Assembly (NCBI RefSeq): GCF_006345805.1
Contig: NC_043003.1
Span: forward strand, 11,780,001 to 11,844,000
Direction of reading: 5' to 3'
DNA length: 64,000 bases
From: Octopus sinensis
Lineage: Eukaryota
Part shown: piece by piece, positions 53,005 to 64,000 of the stretch
Numbering within the stretch: position 1 is the first letter of the stretch
Layout of the letters: each line of letters opens with the position of its first letter
Made by a program: the position numbers and the translations under genes
The notes under the pieces: generated by a model
The model's database searches: none
The model's input: the letters and a program-made list of their open reading frames with translations, nothing else
Told to the model about the DNA's origin: nothing

Positions 53005-53316
53005 GGAAGGTGTTTGTAAGCCATTTAAGAAACACACAAAAGCTGTTCGATTCACTTCAACATTTAAGTTTAATTTGTCAAAATATTTTCGTCGCTTTAA
53101 GACCGCGAACTGTTCCGTATGCGACCTGTTCCGTATGCGACCTGTTCCGTATGCGACCTGTTCCGTATGCGACCTGTTCCGTATGCAGCACGGATTTTTG
53201 TCAGTGAATAGGTCACGGTCTCAAAGCGACGAAAATATTTTGACAAATTAAACTTAAATGTTGAAGTGAATCGAACGGCTTTTGTGTGCTTCTTAAATGG
53301 CTTATAAACACCTTCC
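53005..53316. repeat. Foldback element: about 100-bp inverted arms with an internal 16-bp tandem array
   Basis: 53005-53105 vs 53216-53316; (ctgttccgtatgcgac) about 4 copies inside. Confidence 0.92.
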
Positions 53317-53933
53317 TCAATGAATTAAATGTGAAACTTATTCTCGGGACTGGAAGAAAATACTGAAGTTTGGGTTGTGTTGACGCCATTTTTTTGCTTA
53401 TATATTTATATGTTTGCATGGAAGAATGTACACCTGTATATGTACACTTTTAATTATGAATATAGATTTATACAGGTATGTATCAACATGTAAATACGTC
53501 TATACATGTAACCTACATACATACACACATACATACATGCGCGCACACACATATGCTTGTATATATGTCTGTACAAATGTATGCATGTATATACGAATGC
53601 GTGCATGCATGCATATATGCATGGATGTATGTAAGTATGTATGCCTGCATGTAGGTATATAAGCATGTATGTATGTAGCCATATAACACATACATATTAA
53701 ACTTGAGTTATCAAAAATTTGGATAAATAGTGAAACAAAGAAATGAATATATTACATTAATATAAGGGATCCAAAGCTGAATTTACGCCATAATTTCTGT
53801 GTAAATGTCACCGATATAGCTGATAAAATAAGGCTGGGAATGCGAAATAACTAAAGAAAATAGTGTCTAAATGTATGTGGAAAACGGTAAAATATGCACG
53901 GAAAGTTGTGTTGATGAGTAAAATTTTACTTAC

Positions 53934-54103
53934 GATTAAAACATTCAACTCCAGCATCTTCACTGTGTGTACAATCTGACGAACCCCAGGGCTTGTGTGT
54001 GCAGTCATCCAAACTGTTTTCATTTCCTGTACATTTAACGTCATCTAACCACATTTTCCCCGTACCGTCTGGTGTGCGCTTCCCTAGCAAGCCTTTACCA
54101 GTC
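53934..54103 (-). CDS. SRCR-domain gene, exon with C-terminal half of the domain
   Basis: [54 protein letters not shown]. Acceptor gctttacAG is phase 2 and matches the 61581 donor; donor GTAAGT, phase 1. Confidence 0.92.
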
Positions 54104-54305
54104 CTGTAAAGCACGAAACATAGAACGATGAGAAGATATCGATGGGACAAACACCCACTTCACTAATTAAGGCATCACTGTCTTTGCTGTTATTTCAAAA
54201 GAAGAAAGATATAGCCTCTTCAAACTGACGAACTTTACGGCCAATATGACATGGAAATCTGTTTATATTTCGCTCTCTTTCTCTCTTTATATATATGTAT
54301 ATATG

Positions 54306-54400
<95 letters not shown>

Positions 54401-54409
54401 TTGTGAAAG

Positions 54410-55332
54410 TATTAAGATCAGTGACTACTCAAACAACGAAGAGCGATTAATAATAGACAGAATTTATGTGCAACTTTAAGAGACTAAATCAAGAGACGAA
54501 TAAAGTCAATATTGTTCTGAGACACATTGAAACAAAGAACATCACACGAACAAATAATCTTATCAAAGCTGCTAGTAGGATTGTGGCGCCGGAACAAAAG
54601 GGCTATAGAAGGAGATGCAGAGGTACCAAAGATCAACTATTGATAGACAAAATGGTAATGCAAGATTGTAAACGAAGGAGAACAAACCTGGGAAGGGCCT
54701 GGATTGACTATCGCAAAGCTTGTAATATGATTCCACATTCTTCGAATGCTTAGATCTGTTTGGAATTGCGAGGAATGAAACGCGTTTCCTGAAGAGAAGT
54801 ATGGTGGGATGGAAAACTGAACTGACATCTTACGGGTATCAGAAGCGGGATTTCCCAGGGTGACAGCCTATCTCCATTGCTTTTTGTTCTCTGCATAATA
54901 CCTCTGACCTTGGTGCCCAGGAAAATTATCCTGGGGTACCAACTAAAGGGAAAATCCCAAACAATCAACCACCTCCTCTTCATGGATGATTTGAAACTGT
55001 ATGGCAAAGATGAGATAAAGATGAGTTCCTTGGTGAACACGGTCCATCATTTTAGTACTGATATTAAAATGGAATTTGGACTCAAGAAGTGCAGAGTAAT
55101 CTACTTAAAAAGAGGCAAGGTACAGTCCCTAGCAGGAACAGAATTACCGAATAGAGACTTGATTAAGCTAATTGAAACGGAAGGATACAAATACCTCGGT
55201 GTACAAATACCTTGGTTCAACGACATAATGGTAAAGGAAATGAAAGAGGAACTGAGGATGAAGTATTTCCGAAGAAATACTGAGGATGGAGTATTACCCA
55301 GCAAAATAAGCTGTGAGTTTTCATATAATAAC

Positions 55333-55392
<60 letters not shown>

Positions 55393-55617
55393 GAAGTGCA
55401 AAAAATCGTGTTAACTGGAACGACTCATGTACTGAGAAGAGCATTATCGCTGTGAAAACAACATCCATTCATGAATTTATTTATTTATTAATTTTTTTAA
55501 ATACATATTTTACCTGTGAATCTGCGTTTGTAATCTGGGAATGCATACAATGAGCTTCTCTGCCCTAGGTGTACGGAAAACACCCGGCGAGAAATGGAAG
55601 AAAATTTGAAGAAAGAA
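54410..55617 (+). mobile_element. R4/Dong fragments (RT, C-terminus, 3' UTR)
   Basis: [50 protein letters not shown]; (TAA)n at 55325-55388 and 55620-55710. Confidence 0.85.
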
Positions 55618-55618
55618 G

Positions 55619-55689
<71 letters not shown>

Positions 55690-55785
55690 GTAATAATAGT
55701 AATAATTATTATTATAATCACGCATATAAAATAGTGATCTAGATTCGATCGCAATCAATTTTTCATAACAAATAACATCATACTA

Positions 55786-55953
<168 letters not shown>

Positions 55954-55978
55954 TTAAACGTGTTCTGTGTGTGCTTGT

Positions 55979-56046
<68 letters not shown>

Positions 56047-56374
56047 ATAGCTATGCGTATCTCTTTTACTCTTTCACTTGTTTCAGTCATTTGACTGTGG
56101 CCATGCTAGAGCACCGCCTTTAAATGTTTTATCTTTTACTAGTTTTAATCATTGGACTGCGGCCAAACTGGGGCACTACCTTGAAGGGCTTTAGTCGAAC
56201 AAACGGCCCCCAGCACTTGTTTTTAAGTTTGATACTTATTTTATTGCAGAACCGCAAAGTTGCGGGGAAATAAACAAACCGACACCGGGTTTCAAACTAA
56301 TACACACACACACATACACACACACATGCACTTTTCCCTCTCTCTCTATCATACACACACGCGCGCACACAACT

Positions 56375-56600
56375 ATGGAAGCCCTCCTTATATACAAATT
56401 GAGACCAGCCATTAACAACAGGAAGGAACTACGCGAAGTAGACTGGTTGTTACAGCAAAACCAGTCTGCGCATGTCACATTCCTCCTTCTTCCCCTCCCC
56501 CCCCACATCTGATGTACGAACAACATCTGAACAGCAACCTTTACCATCCAACGCCCTTCCGAATGTCCTGAAGAAGGGGGTCTCCAGCCCGAAATATAAA
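56375..56600 (+). mobile_element. Penelope-like 3' remnant with hammerhead-like motif
   Basis: MEALLIYKLRPAINN resembles the PLE GIY-YIG C-terminus. CUGAAGA-A-GGG..CCC-GAAA-UAUA at 56568-56598. Confidence 0.55.
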
Positions 56601-57168
56601 AATACAAGGTAAAACTGCAACTTTGTTCTGTTTTCTTTCCCTTCTATAGTCTACTTTATACCTTCTCGCATTGTCCCGGCCGCGAAATTTTTTTCCCACG
56701 AGAGTTCCGGACCCCAGTAATGAACACATTTGCATACAGCCAATCAGAGCTCACCTTGAAAATCCACATACGTTGTACTACTACAGTACAGCCAGCCAGG
56801 CATAGAATGGCGTGTACCGCTCTGTGAGTACAGCATAGCAGGTCTTACATAAGCACCACGTTCCCTCCCCCACTACCATCATCATAGATCAACTGAGTAT
56901 TATCTCTATATGGAGCTAACATTAGGTAGCAATGCTCAGACTGAGATTAGTGATACTGCCTATACCCATTGATATATGCAAGGAAGGCGCAATACAACAC
57001 AACGCCATATTGATTACGATGTTTCCAGATTAACACCAACGTTTTAAATTAGGAATATAAAAAAATCAGTAAAAAATTTAGGAAACTACATTCATTTACA
57101 GTTTCTAGTAAATTACGCAAGCGATGTTGGGGGGGACAAACACAGACACACAAACATATACACATGCA

Positions 57169-57200
<32 letters not shown>

Positions 57201-57237
57201 CATACATAATATATATATATATAATATATATATATTA

Positions 57238-57282
<45 letters not shown>

Positions 57283-57800
57283 TATATATATGACCTCGTG
57301 AGTACGCTGGCGATTTTTTCCTCTGTCTTCCCTTCTTCCTTCTTTCCTGAGCGTCCAATAATACTTTATTTGTTCCACGTCCTCGCGTTGTTGTGTTTTT
57401 TTGTTTTTTTGTGTTTTCTTGTTGGATTAACTACATATATATATATTATATTATATATATATATATATATATTATATAATATATATAATATATATTATAT
57501 ATTAGAAGGTTGGAGATGATGTATATGTATTTTATATTAGAAGAAATGAGTGTACTCAGAAATTCGGATGCGTTTTATATTTACAGATATTAATTGTATA
57601 TTACATGTTTTATTCATTATATACATATATCATATATCATATATTAGCGCTTTCGTCCATTCTGGTGGAATTTTCAAATTGAACTAAGTTCTTGGGGAAA
57701 ATTTGACCATTTTTATAGTGTTATTGAGTGTGTAGTGGTGGGGAGGGATATAAAATAGAACAAGAGGGTGATGACTGGGGAGAGTGAGAGAGAACATGTG

Positions 57801-57869
<69 letters not shown>

Positions 57870-58094
57870 GTGTGCGTGTATGTGATGTGTGTGTTTTTGT
57901 ATTTGAAAAGAGTGTTAAAGAAAAAGAATGAAAGGAAGAAAAGGGAGAGAAAGAAGAAAAAACTTCTTTTTGTTGATCTCTTTGTAGCTGGTCAGGATGT
58001 TTACTCCAAGGGGGACAAAATGTCACTTTTCAAAAAATTGTCTGGATTTCTTTTTTATCATTGTCTAGTGAGAGAGTGTGTGTATGTGTATATA

Positions 58095-58125
<31 letters not shown>

Positions 58126-58718
58126 ATCTGAAAAGGGTATTAAAGAAAAAGAACCTAGAACCATGTGGTTGGTAAGCAAGCTACTTACCACACAGCCACT
58201 CCTGCGCCTAAGGCAGAAAATAAACACTTGTTTATTTGTCAGTAAGCAATATTATAATTTCACATTGGGTATTAGACAGTCAGATATGAGATAAGAGGCG
58301 CGTGACCTAGCACCAACAGCTCTTCAGAGATAACAGGTATAGAAAAAAAAAATAAAAGGAAACATTAGGTATGCAGAAAGAGATTAAGAGTTAAAGAGTT
58401 ACATACATTCGTGACATTCAACAGAAACATCTTGGTAATGCGAACAGTCATGAGAACCCCAAGAGCGATGCTGGCAATATTTGATGTTGTTTTCAATACC
58501 GGTGCATTGTACCTGATCCAACCAGATCCTTCCTACTCCGCTCGACCGTTTGTTCCTGGGAATCGTATTTCCTATCCTAAAAAAGAAAATTGGATGAAGA
58601 CTGTAATATGGAAGAGACTGAGATGGGGGGGGGGTGAATGGTTGGAGACAAGCAAACTTACAGATGGTCAGAGACAGACATAAACAGACAGACGGATAGA
58701 TAGACTGACAAACAGACA

Positions 58719-58769
<51 letters not shown>

Positions 58770-60782
58770 TATTTGTTAGGGAATAACAATTCCGGCATAA
58801 CAGAGGTTCAAATTATTCTCAATGAAGAAATATATTTTAATTTAGAGATAGTAGACCCCTACATCTCACCAAATAAAAATAATTATTTTAATTTTAAATT
58901 CCTACTTATTATTACTTGGCAACACGTGTTTCATGAAGTAGATCCTCGGGTTCCTAAACCACTCCGTGTTTCCCTGGAACCCCTCTCAAAATGCCACCCC
59001 AATCATCAGGCCCTTATATAACTTTATCAACGTTCAATACAATAAATTATATTTTAATAATTAAAACCCTTAAGTATGTGTAAAATAGGTATGTTTAAAT
59101 TAGGTATGTTAAAAATTAGTGTCGCTGGACTCTACAGTACAAGCCGTAATTCAGATAAAAATTCAATTAAAGATAAAAACTTGCAAAAATAAAAGTTACA
59201 CGACTAAATTAAGGAATAAAAAAAATCTTTAAAAAATCTTTAAAAATCTAAAAAATATTTAAGAGAGAGAGGTTATGAGAGGTAATGTTGTCAGTAAGAT
59301 CCAAAGGTGTCAGGTAATGCTGAGTAAGTGCTATGGATAGACCATAGTTGAGTTCCAGGTTCGGTGATTACGCGAATGAGGAGTCCAACGTAGGTCATAT
59401 ATCAGCATGTGTATATATAAAAAATCTTTTTTCCAGAATGAGATAAAGAAAAAAATAATATATATCCTGGAAACAGCTGTAAGACCTATTTATAAATGTT
59501 CTAAAATTTGGACAGCCTTGGTTTTTTTAAATCTCATTCTGGAAAATAAATTATATATATATATATGCCCCTTTATTAGACTATTTTTCTTAGTCATTGC
59601 ACGGTGATCGCCATAAGCTTTAAGCTTATATAAAAAATACCATTATATATATATATATATATATATCACGTGATCAAGTGACCAACCAGGCTATCAGATG
59701 TTGCTACACATCGCTGGTCACAATGCGCTTCGCATTGTTTTAGCCTTCAAATGACGTCACCCCGCTGGTTAAGCGAGCAGGCCAATATATATGTATGTTT
59801 ATCTCTTATAAAGATTTTCTAACTGGCTACTTTGCTTGTAATACATACATACATACATATACATACATACATACATACATACATACTACATACATACATA
59901 TATATATGACAAGCAAAGTAGCTAGTTTGAAAATCTTTATAAGAGATAAAGGTAGTAACCATACTGAGAAGTAATGTTTGTCGGCAGTTCCGTAACTACT
60001 GTTTTTAACCCAGGAGGGTGCCTCCTGCAGCTGGTTATCGATGTTGTCTGCAACACGATATATATATTGCAAGCAGGGGAGCGGATCCCTATCATCTAGA
60101 TGACGACGGGACAACCCGACCCTCCGGTTTCGAGCTATTTGTGCTTGTACACACACACAACAACAACAACAACAACAATCTGCCATATATCCAAAAAAGA
60201 AGCACACTCGAAAACATAGAACAGTAATGTATTTATAAGCAGTTAAGTTTATGTCCGGTCATGGAGTGACCAGTGGCTTCGCATTCACAAAGGCCTTAGC
60301 CCTGAGACTGTAACGGATTCCGACCCCCCCCCCCACGAGGTGCAGAGTTACACTTGTTTTTGGCTTTAGAATCTGACGAGACGCTCACAGAACTAAGACC
60401 TTTGTGGGTGTAAAACCATTAGTTACTTTATGACTGGACATAGACTTAACTACTTATAAAAATATATAAATACATACGCACGCACACACACACACACACA
60501 TACACACACATAAATGGAATAAAAATGCAATAGAGGACAGTAAAACATCAGGACAGACAGACAATACAAACGAGGACAGGGTAAGCAACAAACAGAGAGA
60601 CGGGCTATTCTTGGCCGTCTTTCACCAGTCAAGTTTCCAGATTGTCCTTACAGTTTCGGTCAGTTACACTTGACACTGTGAACATAACGGATTCCTGGTA
60701 TATGAATAGCATTCGACTGATAACTCTTTGCCTCACTACTAGGACTTTCACACTTTTAGTAGTAGTAGTAGTAGTAGTAGTA

Positions 60783-60813
<31 letters not shown>

Positions 60814-61163
60814 AAAGAGACAGACAGGAAAGCAGACAGACGGAGGAGATTACAGTGAGAGAAAAATGTGGGCGAAGAAAGTTAAAATTCTATGTAAGAA
60901 TTAAGAAAATACAGCATTTCAACTTTTACTTCTGTGGCTCACAACCATTTTTGTCTATGGACCGCTTTGGCCCCTATTCTACTGTAGTCGACCCCGAGAC
61001 TCATTCAATGTTTTTTTTTTTTAATCTATTACATTTCTATAATGAAATATTATTAGATATTGCATAAAAAATGTTTAATAATATTTTGTGCATTTTAGAA
61101 GTGTATGCCTAACCAATTTATTGCGCAGAAACTTTAACAGCAAAATCTTATATGGATCGAACC

Positions 61164-61520
61164 TGGGCACCACACCGTTAATCCGTTAATCGTTAATTAA
61201 CCAAGTAGACATTTTCGTTAATGATTTAACTTTTAAGTTAACTTTGGAAATCATTATCAGACTAATTAACTTCCGTTACATTTAACTTCCGTTAACTCAA
61301 GTCAATTTGATTTCATAGTTTTGGCTCTTTTCAAAGGTGTTTTTAGCTGGTTTTAAAGCAAAAACTGATTTTTTTTTCCATAATTAAAATTAGCGTTAAC
61401 GGTTTATCGATAACTTCCGTTACATTTTTAAAGAATTAACTGATTCAAGGTTATCGAAGTTAAGTTTTTGGTTAACGGATTAACAGTTAACGAAGTTAAC
61501 TTTTCGATTGATGGTGCCCT
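61164..61520. mobile_element. MITE with gttaac-rich subterminal repeats
   Basis: gggcacca / tggtgccc ends; repeated gttaa motifs. Confidence 0.45.
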
Positions 61521-61580
61521 CCAAGGGTCATGTGGACCTTTGTGAAGAACCAACGATTTACTTAAAGAAAGTCCAAATAC

Positions 61581-61719
61581 CTGTATCCCAGCATTCTGCA
61601 AATGACGCTAGCTGCGTTGTCGTTCCAAAAGTTGTCACATATTGTACCCCACTGGTTGTTAAAATTTACTTCAACTCTTCCGTACGAACTGTTGCTGAGT
61701 CTCACGGTTACTGGACTTT
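61581..61719 (-). CDS. SRCR-domain gene, exon with N-terminal half of the domain
   Basis: SPVTVRLSNSSYGRVEVNFNNQWGTICDNFWNDNAASVICRMLGY (GRVEV, WGTICD). Acceptor ttttccAG, donor GTATTT, phase 1/2. Confidence 0.9.
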
Positions 61720-62135
61720 CTGGAAAATTCATTGCGTATTCAGATTGGTTTCGTTTCGATAACAAAATCCCCAAGGGAACGGGGAAAAAATGTATTCATT
61801 TTTTTTTAACCTTTTACTTTTTTCGATCATTGGACTGTCACTGAGAAAAATAGGAATGTGACTATTCTATAGCTGTTCTTTCATCTCTTAGACTCAGACT
61901 TAGGTCTCACATAAGCTATTAATGGAACTCTTTTTTCAATTGAGTGACCTGGAGTAACGTGAAGTGAAGGTGTTTTATTCAAGAGTATAACGCACCACCC
62001 GGTCCGAGAATCGAAACCGCGATCTTACGATCGTGAATATAACACCCTAACTTTCATTTCAGAAAAAAAGTTCTTTCTTTCAACTGACAAAGGAAAACAA
62101 TAAGTTCCTTTCCTCTCCAACGCATACGAGCTTAC

Positions 62136-62350
62136 CCATACACTTAATCTTTATTCTATAATTTTTTCTGGTGCTGACTTCTACTAGTGGTCTCGGTTTT
62201 TCTTTGTCCACATAACGATGCACCAGCCGTGCAGATTCAATATGCCGTAGCCCTGCCCTTCGAGATTTAGGGTTTCATGTCAATGTAAGAGATCATTATC
62301 AATAGCATATTCTGGAAAGAACGCAAGGTCGTATTTGACTTCTGGTGGCT
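62136..62350 (-). other. Candidate upstream exon of the SRCR gene (mostly non-coding, ends in ATG-G)
   Basis: Acceptor ttttctacAG at 62351-52 and donor GTAAGC at 62135. All frames contain stops; the last 4 nt ATGG join in phase to give MESPVTVRL. Confidence 0.3.
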
Positions 62351-62994
62351 CTGTAGAAAATCCATAAAGTTTTCTCAGCGCATTACAGAAGTGCTTTCAC
62401 ATAACATATACAGAGAAACAGTTTTCTTATTTGCTAGAGGTAATGTTTGTTGCTCGTGCCTTGGGACGGAACACTAAATGTTTGTTCGATTAGCTTGGGT
62501 ACTATCGTAAGCATTCGAGAAAGAGTACAATGTTGTCTAGAAACTAAAAGAAAAATGTGGTTTTGTATTAGAATTCACGTGCGGCATGTCACAAGGTCGA
62601 TATTTAAGTGAACTTTTTTCAACAGAATTAATCTAAGTAATTAATCTAAAATTAATGCAAAGGGGTCTTGATTAAGTCCGTTTCTGACTACAACAATTAA
62701 AAGATAAGTCAATCACAGCTGGTAATTGATTGGTCCTGCACATATTCAATGAAGCATAGTCATTACTCTTTACTCTTTTACTTGTTTCAGTCATTTGACA
62801 GTGGCCATGCTGGAGCACCGCCTTATGTCGAGCAAATCGACCCCGGGACTTATTCTTTGTAAGTCCAGTACTTATTCTATCGGTCTCTTTTGCCGAACCG
62901 CTAAGTGACGGGGACGTAAACACACCAGCATCGGTTGTCAGCAATGCTAGGGGACAAACACAGACACACAAACAAACACACACACACACACACC

Positions 62995-63057
<63 letters not shown>

Positions 63058-63750
63058 GACAGGCTTCTTTCAGTTTCCGTCTACCAAAACACTCACAAGG
63101 CATGGTCGGCCCGGGGCTATAGCAGAAGACACTTGCCCAAGATGCCACGCAGTGGGACTGAACCCGGAACCATGTGATTGGTTAGCAAGCTACTTACCAC
63201 ACAGCCACTCTGATATTTTATTTACCAATCTCGAAAGGGTTCCAGCTGGAGAATTGCACTCGAAGTGCAGATTGTCAGAAAAATATGGCAATGCATTCTG
63301 TTCGACACTAAAGTGACTCTGCCGACTCTCTGCCTATAATTATTGAGTACAAATAGAAGAAAGGGGGATAAATCGGATTGCCATGAACAAAAGGGGAATA
63401 AATCTGACTCTTCAATTACTACTATTAGTCGGTGATTCGCTTTTAAATATCTGTGGCTACTTCTACCTATTTCTTTTACTACCCTCAGAACGTAACGGCA
63501 GACGAAATACCTATTTCTTTACTACCCACAAGGGGCTAAACACAGAGAGGACAAACAAGGACAGACAAACGGATAAAGTCGATTTGTCGACCCCAGTGCG
63601 TAACTGGTACTTAATTTATCGACCCCGAAAGGGTGAAAGGCAAAGTCGACCTCGGCGGAATTTGAACTCAGAACGTAGCAGCAGACGAAATATCGCTAAG
63701 CATTTCGCCCGGCGTGCTAACGTTTCTGCCAGCTCGTCGCCTTCTGTGGC

Positions 63751-63850
63751 NNNNNNNNNNNNNNNNNNNNNNNNNNNNNNNNNNNNNNNNNNNNNNNNNN
63801 NNNNNNNNNNNNNNNNNNNNNNNNNNNNNNNNNNNNNNNNNNNNNNNNNN
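63751..63850. other. Assembly gap (100 N)
   Basis: Run of n. Confidence 1.
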
Positions 63851-63950
63851 ACAAATACATATGCATACATACACACATACATACACATATACATACATAG
63901 GTGTATATATATATATATGTATATATATATGTATAGATATGTATACATAT

Positions 63951-64000
<50 letters not shown>

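Noticed and set aside
53100-53190. CRISPR-like array (also considered for 2056-2205 and the SINE multimers)
   Set aside because: No unique spacers, eukaryotic context, no cas genes.
58945-59015. Minus-strand CUGAUGA...GGAAAC motif
   Set aside because: No consistent stem I or NUH in this copy; similarly weak is CUGACGA at about 60373.

Overview
Repeat-rich eukaryotic DNA, very probably Octopus. The evidence is OR1/OR2-type tRNA-derived SINEs, dense microsatellites and a mollusc-like TE set; the assignment comes from recognising repeats, not from a database search. Two spliced genes are visible, tail-to-tail. (1) A + strand ETS transcription factor of the ESE (ELF3/EHF/ELF5-like) type has six recognisable coding exons from 37408 to 51194: a low-complexity N-terminus, a Pointed/SAM domain, an AT-hook and an ETS domain. 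One phase mismatch implies a hidden exon, best explained by a 10-nt microexon at 45714-45723. (2) A - strand SRCR-domain gene has exons at 61581-61719 and 53934-54103. The rest is mobile DNA: an RTE LINE with an intact 1078-aa ORF, a full-length frameshifted mariner, tandem Helitron-like elements (one with a RepHel remnant), R4/Dong pieces in (TAA)n, Tx1/L1 and CR1 remnants, MITEs, foldbacks, SINE multimers and two initiator-tRNA-Met pseudogenes. The most striking unannotated signal is a set of minimal type I hammerhead-ribozyme-like motifs in Penelope-like repeats. These include a 210-bp tandem dimer and a sense-strand copy with an intact catalytic core in the last ETS intron. Ribozyme activity is untested inference. 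There is a 100-N gap at 63751-63850.
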